Shown: piece after piece, positions 1-10,500 of the stretch | Layout: every line of letters begins with the position of its first letter | Numbering within the stretch: position 1 is the stretch's first letter | Assembly: GCA_965644315.1 (NCBI GenBank) | Contig: CBFFRQ010000042.1 | Coordinates: 124,001 to 188,000 of the forward strand | Length of the DNA: 64,000 bases | From: Caecitellus pseudoparvulus | Lineage: Eukaryota > Protista > Bigyra: Bicosoecida | Direction of reading: 5' to 3' | The notes under the pieces: model-generated | Seen by the model: the letters and a program-made list of their open reading frames with translations, nothing else | What the model was told of the DNA's origin: nothing | The model's database searches: none | Program-made: the position numbers and the translations under genes

Positions 1-903
1 GTCGTGCCACGGCGAGATGGGCAGTTGCTTGCCAGTGGCATCCTCCCGCATGAAGAATACGCGGTAGTCCAGGGTGCCGGGTGTCCCTCGGGGCTGCACG
101 GTGATGCGTGCGATGGAGACGGAGGGAACCTTGGCTTTCAGGAACTTGAAGCGAGCCATGTACGCCTTGCGGCGCTTGTCTCGCAGGTCTGCACTGCCGT
201 CATCAACGTCATCGATGTAGATGGAGTGGAAGCCGTTCCAGAACCTCACGAAGTCCTGCGCAGGAGAGGCCAGCAGAAACTGCAGCTGGGCGGCTGACCC
301 GGCAGCACGCCAAATGCGCCAGACGCACGTCAAAGGAGATGGTGTCGGTCACCTCACAGGCAGTGATGTCAGCCATGATGACTTTGGCTTCCTCCTCAGA
401 CACTGGCTCCCCCAGGCGCTTGTGCAGATCCTGCGTAGCGACGTGGCGGCAGGGCAGCCGTGAGTTTTCCTTCCGAAACGCCAGACAGTCTGCGGTCGCC
501 TCCGCACCACCAAGTTCGCCACCTCAATGTGCCCATCGCCGTTGGTATCGAAGAGGTCGAACAGCTTGCGCATGCCTGCCAGTTCGGCCTCGGAAATCAG
601 CACCGTGCTGCCGTCAGGCAGGGTGCTGGACTGCGCCACCAACAGCGGGTTTTCCCCTGGCGCTGGGACGTCCTCGCTGTCCTCAGAAAAGGCCCGGAAG
701 CGCGGGCGGACAGGCGTGGCCATCGCAGCGACAGTACGCTCCTTCTCCAACTCTTGCCGCAGGCGCATCACCTCAGCTTGCAAGTCTTCGACGGTCGTCG
801 GCATTGGCGCATCCATCGCTGCGCCGCCGCCGCCGCCGATCTGGTCTGTGATGTGCCAGTCCGCGCTCTTGGCGAAGACACCGGAGGGGGACTCAGACGC
901 CAT
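1..903 (-). CDS. EF-hand-containing soluble (family I) inorganic pyrophosphatase, VSP1/acidocalcisomal-like; 3' end runs off the window
   Basis: Exons 903-508, 430-329 and 255-1 with GT-AG introns 507-431 and 328-256 keep frame. EF-hand DTNGDGHIEVANL, then GTPGTLDYRVFF...ISPWHD, the typical start of a eukaryotic family I PPase domain. Confidence 0.8.
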
Positions 904-1344
904 GCTTGCCAGGGTGCGATGCCGTCAGCGCCAGACAGACAACTACAAACTGGCTGAGGTGGGGTGGAGGCGGCCATGCAGGATTGAGGTGGCAGGAAAG
1001 TGCCTTGCGGGCTCTGCTGCACCCGCCTGACATGAGCCCTTAGCACCGGTCAGCCCTGGTGTGGCACATGTTTGTCCTTGAACCCCACCCACCTTCGCCG
1101 GGCTGCCCCTGGCCAGCTCGATAGGCTCGCGACGCTGGCACCAGCGATGCGGAGATTCACCTCTTACACTTGCAGCAGGGCGGGCTCCTCCCAGGCCTGC
1201 TGCCTCACCAACGGCAACCCACGGACAACACACAAACACCCCACTCCTCACAGTGGTGCCGTGTCCCTTCAACTGCCCACTGCAAGCTCGAGAGGACGAG
1301 AGCCAGCCAAGTTGCAGCACCGTTAGGTGCTCGCGTGGCCACCC

Positions 1345-4300
1345 ATGGAGCGCAAGCGCTCCGGCCCTGCGCCTCAGCGGGCGCCATCTCGCGCAGCAGG
1401 CCTCACCCTTGCCCGCTCGCCGTCCAACTATGACTTGACGACAACTGGGGCTTACCTGGCCAATGCAGGCAGCAAGGTTGGCGCCGAGGACCTCGCGCAT
1501 GACCACCGCAGCGTGCACTTGGCGTCGTTGGCGCTGCAGTACTACCGGCTCGACAAGGAAGGCAACGCGAGCCCGCACGACATGCTGAACTTTGCCTTCA
1601 ACGTTCGCAATGCTGACCGGTTCAAGAACGCCCTGCGCGCCGCCACGGCTGTCTTCATCCTCGTCAACTTCGGCTTCGTGGCCTATGACATCGGCCGCTT
1701 TGGCACAGACAACTCGACGTTTCTGACAGTGCTGCTCATCCGGCTGGGTGGCATCTTGCCGGCTGCCATCGCCATCATGGCCCTCACTTTCACACAGTGG
1801 TACCGCACACACTCGTGGCTGCTCATCCCCTTCATCTTCGCTCTGGGAGCTCTCTCAGTGGCGTACTCCGTCGTCGGGGAGGATCCCGGTCCGTTCGCAC
1901 AGCGACACTGGCGTGAAACGCCGGACACCTTCTCACGCCAACCCCCCCCCTCCTTTCCCACAGGCTACGGGACCCTTGCCCTCCTGATCACGGTGACGTT
2001 CTCGTTCACGCCTCTGCACTTCTGGGTGTCTTTCACGCTGTCTGCGCTGTGGGTGGCTGGCCTCGGCATCGGGGTGGCTCTGAACCCTCCCCCCACAGCC
2101 AAGTCTAACGTCGCCGTGGCAGACATTTTCGGCACGCTTGCCTTCTTCCTGGTGGCGGTGGCTTTCGCAGGCCGTGCGCTGGACATGCAGCTGCGGCAGT
2201 CGTTCCTCGATGAGTTCAAACTGCGCGTGGAGTCAGACATGACTGCGGTGGAGCAGAAGCGCAGCGCAGAGCTGCTGAACAGCATGCTCCCTCGCTCCAT
2301 CCAGCGCAAGCTGCGGCGCATGTCCTCCAGAGGAGGCACCAGCATCGCAGACAGCTACAAGCACGTGACCGTCTTGTTCTGTGAGATCTACAAGTTCGCC
2401 TCCTGGTGCCAGGGCAAGCGGCCAGAGACCGTCGTGCAGGTGCTGAACATTGTGTACTCGCACTTTGACGACCTGCTGGACAACTTCTCACCTGGTGCAG
2501 TGCACAAGGTGGAGACTGTGGGCGAGGTGTACATGGTGGTGTCTGGTGCGCCACGCCGCACGCCCCGACACGCCGAGCACGCGGCAGACATGGCCCTGTC
2601 CATGGTGGCCGCGCTGCCTGACATCCGTGCCAGCATTCACACGGAGTTGGGCTTTAACGCCGACGACTTGCACATCCGCATTGGCTTGAACTCGGGCAAC
2701 ATCATGGCGGGCGTCACAGGCTTGACCCAGCCCCGCTTCAAGCTCTTCGGCGACACTGTCAACACCGCCTCCCGCATGGAGAGCACCAGCGAGCCGGACC
2801 ACATCCAGGTGTCTGTGCCAACGGCTGAGCTGCTGCAGGCTGGCCTGCAGAAGTTTCATTTGAAGAACCGCGGGGGGGTCCAGATTAAGGGCAAGGGCAC
2901 CATGACAACCTACTGGCTGTACGGCAGCGATGGAGTGCTGCCCAAGCGCACATCCACGTACACGTCCAGCCCCCACTCGAGTCGCCGCACGTCAACCCAC
3001 TCGGGCGCACCCAAGCAGGGACTCTCCGGGTCCGCCCGCATGCTCAAGTCTGTGGGGGGCGCGTCTGGAGCCAGCCAGTCCGCCTTGCTGCAAATGATGG
3101 ACGACCACGCTCCCATGCCCGGCGCACCCACGCTGCAGGACGTCGAGGAGCGGGAGGGCGCGGGCAGCCGAGCCCAGTCAGTGGCCTCCACAGGCACTGG
3201 GGTATTCAGAGACGTGCATCGGGAGGGCGTCATGCTGCAGGCTCCGCCAGGCGGGGACGTGGAGGCGTCCAGCGACGGCGAAGGCCACCAGCCGTCACTG
3301 CCCAGCCGCCCCCTGACCAGCCTGGACACAGCCCCCGACCACAAGCCCTTCCATCGGTCAGTCACCGACACAGTGCGCCGCAGCAGCTTGGGAGTTGTGC
3401 CTGGGCGCAGCTCCATCGCTGGAGAGGCCCAGGCGTCTTCGGCCGCGGCAGCTTCCTCCCCGAAGGCCCGAGCGCCCCCCATTTCGTACGCCACTCGCGA
3501 AGACGACGACAGTGGCCTGGCGCATGCGCCCGTCATCACGCTGGACGACCTCACAGCAGCTAATGCTGGCGTGTCATCTCTGTCAGCCCTGCTCAAGGCA
3601 AACGTTGCCACAGCACGCGATGCCTCCGCCAGAAGTGGCCGGGTTAGTGGCTCGGCTGATGCGGGCGCAGTGAGTGTGCGCAGCGATAGGACCGGCGTGT
3701 CTAGCACTGGTGCAGATGGGGGCAGTGTGTTTCCCTCCTACCGCAGTGCCCAGGAAGGCCCCCAAGGCTCGGCTCGCAGCCAAGCGGTGCTCTCGGAGTT
3801 GGGTCTGGCGCCGCCTGGGGGCGTGGACACGTCCCGCCCCTCCGACAGCGGCTGGCGGCAGGTGCCCCTTGAGCGCGCCGACTCCACCTTCTCACCTCTT
3901 GCGGGGAAGGACCCCAGCCCTTCTCAGGCTGACCTGGCCAGCCACGGGTTCGTGACTGGGGACGATGACGCCGAGGAGCGCTTCCAGCGAGCTCTGGAAC
4001 AGGCGCTGGCGCAAGGCGGCGGCACACAGCGCACTCGTGCAGGCTCCATTGTGTCTGTCGGTGCAGGCGGGACCCCTCGCACGGCAGCCGCTGCAGCAGT
4101 GGAGGTGGAGGATTACCTGGCGGCGCTTAACCCAGAGCATGGCGTGGGTGGTGACTCGGCAAGGCTGGTGGCACACACATCAGGCACGTCAACCACTGAC
4201 GGCGACAGTGACGATGACCCCAGTGGAGGCAAGTCCCCAACATCAGGGGGTGGCGCCCCGTCCCCGCCGCCGCCAATCGGCTGGCAGCAGCCTGCCACGA

Positions 4301-7173
4301 CCGCACCACCCAGCACAACCCACGCACAGGAAGCTGCCGGCGGCACTGGGGGGTGGCAGGTGGTTGATTTGGATGAAGATCAGGTGGAGGGGGTGCTGCC
4401 CACCTCAGCGCCGCGCAGCCGTGCTGCGAGTGATGTCGTGTCCCCCAGGCCCACGCCAGATGAGACTGAAGCCACCACCATCATCGTGGCTCCAGCTGGG
4501 GACCTGAAGAAGGGCGTGTCAAAGAGCACGCGTGACCTGGCGCCCTCCCACGCAGAGGCCGCCAGCCCAAGCGAGCGCCAGGAGAAGAGCCGCCAGCGCT
4601 TCCGTGTAGGCGTGACCAAAGCCCTCGCCACAGAGGCCCTGAACGACGCCGGCGAGGAGCGGCGCACCCGAGCGCAGGTTGCTTCCTTCTCAGCCCTGTG
4701 CTTCTACCACGCCGACGAAGGTACAGCAGCGGCTGTGATTGAAAACCTGTTCACCAGGGAGCAGAGCGTCGCGTGGCGCAGGTTCGCGCGCATGTCTGTG
4801 TGGGGAGCCCTGGCAGCTTCTGTGCTCTTCTTGCTGTACGACACGGTGCGCCTCACCTCCTCTGATGGGGATCGGTTTAGGACTGACATTTGGCCTGCTT
4901 TGGCCATCGCTCGGTACGGCGTCTTGGTGCCTGTCCTGCTACTGTTCTGGGCGGCAACGGCGACGGAGACCTTCCGCCGCAGCATCACCGTCGCTCAGTA
5001 CGTCACGGGAGCGACACTGCTGGCCACAGGGCTGTGCCTCATCGCGATCAGCATTCTTGGCCGGCAGCCTGGCTACGGCGTGCTGGCGCTGTTCATCGTG
5101 TACAGCTTGAACATCTCCCTGTTGGCGTACGCATACCGCATGGCGTTGTTCACGACCCTCATCCTGGTGTACGCGGTGGCTGTGTCCATGTCAGCACCAA
5201 TTGTGGACATTCCCATCACCTTCAGCAAGGTGTCCATCGATGTGATTTACCTGCTTGTCTTCTTCCTGGGCCAGGCCCTGCCTGTGCTGGCGTCAGAGTA
5301 CCACGTACGTCACAACTTCCTGCGGCGCATTCAAGTGCGCCGGCAGCGGGCTGCGCTGCGCAAGGAGCAGCGCAAGTCTCAAACCCTCCTGTCCAACCTC
5401 TTGCCCCGCTCCATTGTAAAGGAGCTGAAGCTGGGGCGGGAGCTCATCGCAGACTTTTACAAGGAAGGCACCATTGTCTTCACAGACCTGCGCGGCTTCA
5501 CGGCGTTCTCTTCCACCGTCACCCCTGCTCAGTTGGTTTCGTTCCTGAACGTTCTGTTCTCCACCTTCGATCGCATCGCGTCCAAGTTTGGTGTGCACAA
5601 GGTGGAGCTGATTGGTGATGCGTACTTCGGCGTCGCGGGGGTGCCGGGGGCAGCAGCGGACCAAGCGGAGCGCGCCGCGAACATGGCGCTTGAAATGCTC
5701 ATGCACATGCCAGCCATGCGTGCGGTGGCTGGCAATGGCATCATGATGCGCGTGGGCATTCACACGGGGCCAGTCATCGCCGGCGTGGTTGGCCGTAAGG
5801 ACCCTCGGTACCACCTGTTCGGGGAAACTGTGGACATCGCTATGGGCATGGAGAGCAGCGGCATTCCAGATCGAGTGCAGATTTCGAGAGCCGCTTACGA
5901 GCGCCTGGCTCGGCGTCAATTCGTGAGAACCGTCCGGTACTTGAGAACCCTTGCTGCTCTGGCAGAGCTACAAGCATTCCGGGCTGCAGATGCTCTGACA
6001 GAGTCTGCCCAGGAAGCTTCGGCATCCAGCAAAGTGCCCATGACTCCAGGCTCTGCCATGCAGCGCTTGCTGCCGACGCTGAAAGTGCCATCCGCTGAGG
6101 AGGCGGACGAGGCTAGGGACGAAGGCCCTGCACACGTAGCAGTGGACACGACCGACACTGAGGAGCACCAAGACTCCATTTCTTCTCCGGAGCTGTTTGC
6201 ACTTGGCCCGCCTAAGGAGGTTCCACACCTTGAACTCAGCAAGTCCATGCACAGCGCCCCCAGTGAAACCTCTCACCACTTGCTGGAGGCAGCTGGCGGC
6301 TACACCTTCGCAGGGGCGGGGGATGAAGTGCGGGTGCCAACAAGATCGGTGGCCGCGCTGGGGCAACCCCGTGTGTGGTGTGATTTGCCGGAGTCACTTG
6401 TCGCATGGATGTACTTGACCGTGCCCATGCCTCCCAGCGACCTGGCCACTTCCAAGCCCTCCCCAATGGACTTGGAACTGGCCCAGGGGGCTCACACAGA
6501 CGTGACACAAATCTGGAATGGGCAGCACGCCACATTTCTTGGCTTTGACCTGGAGGGCAGCTCGGTGATGACGGGTGCCCATCATCCCCTGCTGCGCCAC
6601 ACGTTAGGGGAGGATGCGCAGCCTTCATGCTGTGTCGCGACGCTGAAGCAGAACCCCGCCCCGCCCCGTGCTGCCCGAGCATCCATTGTTTCCATGCCTT
6701 CGCTCGTGGCCTCTGAAACCTCTGTTGGCATGGCGACTGGTAAGGTAGTGCAGCCTGCGCGCGATGTGTGTGACGATGTGGAGTGGATGAACACGCCCAG
6801 TGCTGCGTCGTCAGGCACAGCTGAGTCGGCAGCGACGGCATCTGGTGTGGCTGTCGACCAGCTGCTTCCCGTGGACTTGGATGCTGAGTCGCTCGTCGCC
6901 CGCACGCGATTGGAGGTGAGGGAGGAGCTCCTCTTCCGGGCTGCCGTCGCGCGAGGTGAGGACCCAGCTGAGGTGCCCAGCACGAGTTGGCTGGATTTGC
7001 TCACAGGGCTGCAAAACATCAAGGAGCCTCAAGGGTGGCTGAAGCAGCAGTTCTTCGGACCAGGGGGGGGCTTCTTTGCCTTCTCACATCGTGGCATGCA
7101 GGATATCAAGGGGGTGGGGGAAGTGGACACGTACATGCTGTCGCGGGCCTTCCCCCCTGGCCTGAAGCAGTAG
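1345..7173 (+). CDS. Class III nucleotidyl cyclase with 6TM-C1-6TM-C2 topology, probably a guanylyl cyclase
   Basis: Two 6-helix hydrophobic blocks. C1 has VHKVETVGEVY and PRFKLFGDTVNTASRMES; C2 has VFTDLRGFT, VHKVELIGDAY and PRYHLFGETV. ATG at 1345; probable in-frame intron 1889-1963. Confidence 0.92.
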   Translation: MERKRSGPAPQRAPSRAAGLTLARSPSNYDLTTTGAYLANAGSKVGAEDLAHDHRSVHLASLALQYYRLDKEGNASPHDMLNFAFNVRNADRFKNALRAATAVFILVNFGFVAYDIGRFGTDNSTFLTVLLIRLGGILPAAIAIMALTFTQWYRTHSWLLIPFIFALGALSVAYSVVGEDPGPFAQRHWRETPDTFSRQPPPSFPTGYGTLALLITVTFSFTPLHFWVSFTLSALWVAGLGIGVALNPPPTAKSNVAVADIFGTLAFFLVAVAFAGRALDMQLRQSFLDEFKLRVESDMTAVEQKRSAELLNSMLPRSIQRKLRRMSSRGGTSIADSYKHVTVLFCEIYKFASWCQGKRPETVVQVLNIVYSHFDDLLDNFSPGAVHKVETVGEVYMVVSGAPRRTPRHAEHAADMALSMVAALPDIRASIHTELGFNADDLHIRIGLNSGNIMAGVTGLTQPRFKLFGDTVNTASRMESTSEPDHIQVSVPTAELLQAGLQKFHLKNRGGVQIKGKGTMTTYWLYGSDGVLPKRTSTYTSSPHSSRRTSTHSGAPKQGLSGSARMLKSVGGASGASQSALLQMMDDHAPMPGAPTLQDVEEREGAGSRAQSVASTGTGVFRDVHREGVMLQAPPGGDVEASSDGEGHQPSLPSRPLTSLDTAPDHKPFHRSVTDTVRRSSLGVVPGRSSIAGEAQASSAAAASSPKARAPPISYATREDDDSGLAHAPVITLDDLTAANAGVSSLSALLKANVATARDASARSGRVSGSADAGAVSVRSDRTGVSSTGADGGSVFPSYRSAQEGPQGSARSQAVLSELGLAPPGGVDTSRPSDSGWRQVPLERADSTFSPLAGKDPSPSQADLASHGFVTGDDDAEERFQRALEQALAQGGGTQRTRAGSIVSVGAGGTPRTAAAAAVEVEDYLAALNPEHGVGGDSARLVAHTSGTSTTDGDSDDDPSGGKSPTSGGGAPSPPPPIGWQQPATTAPPSTTHAQEAAGGTGGWQVVDLDEDQVEGVLPTSAPRSRAASDVVSPRPTPDETEATTIIVAPAGDLKKGVSKSTRDLAPSHAEAASPSERQEKSRQRFRVGVTKALATEALNDAGEERRTRAQVASFSALCFYHADEGTAAAVIENLFTREQSVAWRRFARMSVWGALAASVLFLLYDTVRLTSSDGDRFRTDIWPALAIARYGVLVPVLLLFWAATATETFRRSITVAQYVTGATLLATGLCLIAISILGRQPGYGVLALFIVYSLNISLLAYAYRMALFTTLILVYAVAVSMSAPIVDIPITFSKVSIDVIYLLVFFLGQALPVLASEYHVRHNFLRRIQVRRQRAALRKEQRKSQTLLSNLLPRSIVKELKLGRELIADFYKEGTIVFTDLRGFTAFSSTVTPAQLVSFLNVLFSTFDRIASKFGVHKVELIGDAYFGVAGVPGAAADQAERAANMALEMLMHMPAMRAVAGNGIMMRVGIHTGPVIAGVVGRKDPRYHLFGETVDIAMGMESSGIPDRVQISRAAYERLARRQFVRTVRYLRTLAALAELQAFRAADALTESAQEASASSKVPMTPGSAMQRLLPTLKVPSAEEADEARDEGPAHVAVDTTDTEEHQDSISSPELFALGPPKEVPHLELSKSMHSAPSETSHHLLEAAGGYTFAGAGDEVRVPTRSVAALGQPRVWCDLPESLVAWMYLTVPMPPSDLATSKPSPMDLELAQGAHTDVTQIWNGQHATFLGFDLEGSSVMTGAHHPLLRHTLGEDAQPSCCVATLKQNPAPPRAARASIVSMPSLVASETSVGMATGKVVQPARDVCDDVEWMNTPSAASSGTAESAATASGVAVDQLLPVDLDAESLVARTRLEVREELLFRAAVARGEDPAEVPSTSWLDLLTGLQNIKEPQGWLKQQFFGPGGGFFAFSHRGMQDIKGVGEVDTYMLSRAFPPGLKQ

Positions 7174-7555
7174 GCGCCGTGGCGAAGCCATTTTTCCAGT
7201 GAGGGCACTCAGAGCACTTGCGTGCGCTCAAGTATTGTACAGTATCTGCCGCATCCATACTGGTGCCCAGGTAAGGCACAGCTTCGCTGAAATGCACTCT
7301 TGCACCCCATGCTTGTTGCCAGTCGGCATAAAGCTCTGCTCTTGAAGTGCAGCTGCGCAGCCGAGGAGCCGCAGCAAGACACTCAAACATGCCCTCACGC
7401 CTTCATACAATTCAAAGCGGTCTCCAAGCACCCCTTTGGTCAGATTGTTCTTGTGTTCCTTAAGCCAGCTGTTGCCTTGTCGGTGCGGTCGCATCCAGAG
7501 CCCCATGCTCACTTGTCGCGAGTGGTTCTCGTGAGAGTGCAACAATTTCCGCAGC

Positions 7556-10500
7556 ATGCCCTGGCTTGGGCAGGCTGAGGAGGAGCCGCGGAAGTCTCGC
7601 GAGGCGTAAGTGCCTGGTCCCCCCCACCAATTGTGTTGCTACCTTCGTCGTGCGCCAGTGCTCCGCGCAGCGCCGGCACTCGGCCTCTATCCGTTACCTT
7701 GCAGACACCCCAACTGGCAGCCAGCCAAGGCAGAGCTCAACACAGCCCAGGAGTTCGAGGAGAATGTCATCACGACTGCGAACTACACATGGTACAATTT
7801 CGTGTTCCTCTTCCTCTGGGAGCAGTTCAACCGCTTCGCGAACGGTGCGTGTTGGGAACTGCCGAAGCTGCTGGTGCTCCGCTCCCGTCGCCGCGACGTG
7901 GACAAACACTGCCACATGTGCACCGCCCTCCCCCGTGCTCGCGCCATCCAGCCTACTTCCTCGCCATCACGATTCTGCAAGTGATTCCTGAAGTGTCTAT
8001 CACGGACGGTATTCCAACCCAAGGCTTGCCAGTGCGTACAGGCCCACCTTGGCAGCTGCCTGGTCCAACGCACCCCCGCGCAGCGTCCCGCCGCTGCTGT
8101 GCCTTCACCGCCCTGCCTGCACTCCCATTCACAGCTCGCTGTAGTGCTGCTCTTTGATGGTGCCCTCACAGCATACGAAGACTACAAGCGCCATGTGGAC
8201 GACGCAAAGCTGAACGCGACCCCCACACGCATCCTGAGGGGGCAAGGCAGAGACGCTGCCTTTGAGCCAGCGACCTGGAAAGACGTGCAGGTTGGGGACA
8301 TCGTGAAGGTGCAAGTGGGTGAAGTGTTCCCTGCCGACTTGGTGTTCTTGTATGCAGAACAGGAGGACCCTGACGAGTGCACTGTGTGCCATGTGAGGAC
8401 TGCCCAGCTGGACGGCGAGACGAACCTGAAGCTGAAGAAGACAACGCAAGACCTTGCCGAGGCTTTCAGCACGGCAGAGCGCTGTGCCTCGTTCTCAGGC
8501 CATGTCGAGGCTGGCCCTCCCGTCCCTGACTTTGGCGACTTCTCAGGTGCCCTGCACTGGGATGGCGAGCACAAGGAAGCCCTGTTTGCCTCGGGTCTGC
8601 TGCTGCGGGGCGCTGAGCTGCGCAATTGTGAGTTCCTCCACGGTTATGTGGTGTACACGGGCAATGACACAAAGGTCAGGGTCAAAGCTGAGAAGAAGTT
8701 GGGTGCAAAGGTGTCCTCTGTGGACCGCGTCATGAACCTGCTCATCACCATCCAGGTCGGCATTGTCGCTGTCCTCTCCGTCATCGGCGCGGTGGGGTAC
8801 ACCATCTTCACGCCCGAGCGCATCGACGACGGGAGCCTGTTTTACCTGCGCATGGAGTCTGTGGACGTCGGCTTGCAGGGCTTCCTGAAGTTCCTAACGT
8901 TCTTCCTCGTCACCTCCAACCTGGTACCCATCTCTCTGTACGTGTCGATGCGCATTGCGCGACAGGCACAGCAGTTTTTCATTGAGTTTGACGAGTTCAT
9001 GGTGTTCAACATGGGGTCATCCAGCTCCATGGCATCCCCTGATGCGAGTGCGTCGCTAGCGGATGTGCCCTGTGCCGTAGGGAGTGAGGCTGGGACTGGC
9101 GGTGGAGCGGCGAAAGACTCGGGAGAGCTGCGGTCTGCACGAGACACCGAAGGCGAGCAGGCTACCCATGAGGGCAGTGAACAGTCCAAGGAAGAGGACG
9201 AGGCCAACACCATTCACGCCAAAGTGCGCCGCATGGACTTGAACGACGAATTGGGCCAGATCACGCACATCTTCTCCGACAAGACCGGCACCCTGACCTG
9301 CAACTCGTTCGAGTTCAGGAAGCTGTCTGTGGGGGGCACAGCCTTTGGACTGGGCACAACTCCCATCGGCATCGTCCGGCGGCGCCGCATGGGCGAGGAC
9401 GTCCAGGAGGCCGAGGCGGCGTTGAAGAAGCATGCGACGCAGGAACGCCTGGTCCCCCACGTGAACTTCATGGACGGCGCAGAAGATGCTGGGGAGGGCT
9501 GGGAGGAGTACTTGAGCAGGGCCGGTGCCGACTCAGCCGATGCAGACAGCATTGAAGGCTGTCTGGATGACGCCGTTGCCGCCCGCAGAGAGACGTTTTC
9601 CGCCAGCCTCACGGAGAGTGTCAAGGGGGAGGATGGCAAGGCACTCACCTTGGCAGCACAGCTGCAGGGGCTGCTGGGTGCTGGTGAGCAAGAAGGGGGC
9701 GCCTCACCCCTCTCCAAATACTACGAATGGCTGCAGGACAACCGCGAGGCCCTTGAGAGCTCCGCAGGTGGAGCTGACGACCACCGCCTCGGTGCTGCAG
9801 AGCAGCAGCGCGGCGCAGCGACCAGCGCCTCGGACTGCCCTCTGACCCCCCAGCAGGTAGCCCTGCACTATATGATGCTGAACATCGCGTTGGACCACAG
9901 TGTGGAGATTGAGCTCGTCCGTGACGAGGATGGCGAAGTGGCATCGCGCCACTTCTCGGCCTCGTCGCCTGACGAAGAAGCCTTCGTGGCTGCCGCGCAC
10001 CTGTTTGGGTACTCCTTCCAGGGCCGGGCAAAGGACAGCGTCACCTTGAGCATCGCTGGCCACAAAAGCACGTACAAGGTCGGTGCCTTGCTGACCTACA
10101 CCCAGGCGCGCAAGATGATGTCTGTGCTGGTGAAGGAAGAGGAGACTGGCTCCTGGTTTCTGCTTGCCAAAGGCGCCGACAGCAAGATCGCGTCCCTCGT
10201 GGACCCGAAGGCCTTGGCCCAGTCCTCGCACATGCAGCGCGTGGTGGCAGGCACCTCCATGCACACTGCAGAGTGGGCTGAGGATGGCCTGCGCACCATG
10301 GCCTTCGCGTGGCGGCCCTTGTCAGCTTCGTGGGCGGAGCAGTGGCTGGAGAGGTACAACGATGCTAACGCGGACGTGCAGCAGCGAGAGGCCAGGGCCG
10401 CAGGGGAACCCAATGACATTGATGACTTGATGGAGGAGCTGGAGAGCAGTTTGACGCTGCAGGGAGCCACCGGCATCGAGGACCGCCTGCAGGATGAAGT

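Noticed and set aside
7174-7555. Possible read-through or splice fusing the cyclase to the P4-ATPase
   Set aside because: The cyclase ends with a complete terminal motif and TAG, and the ATPase has its own ATG exon. I saw no open frame or convincing splice path across the gap.
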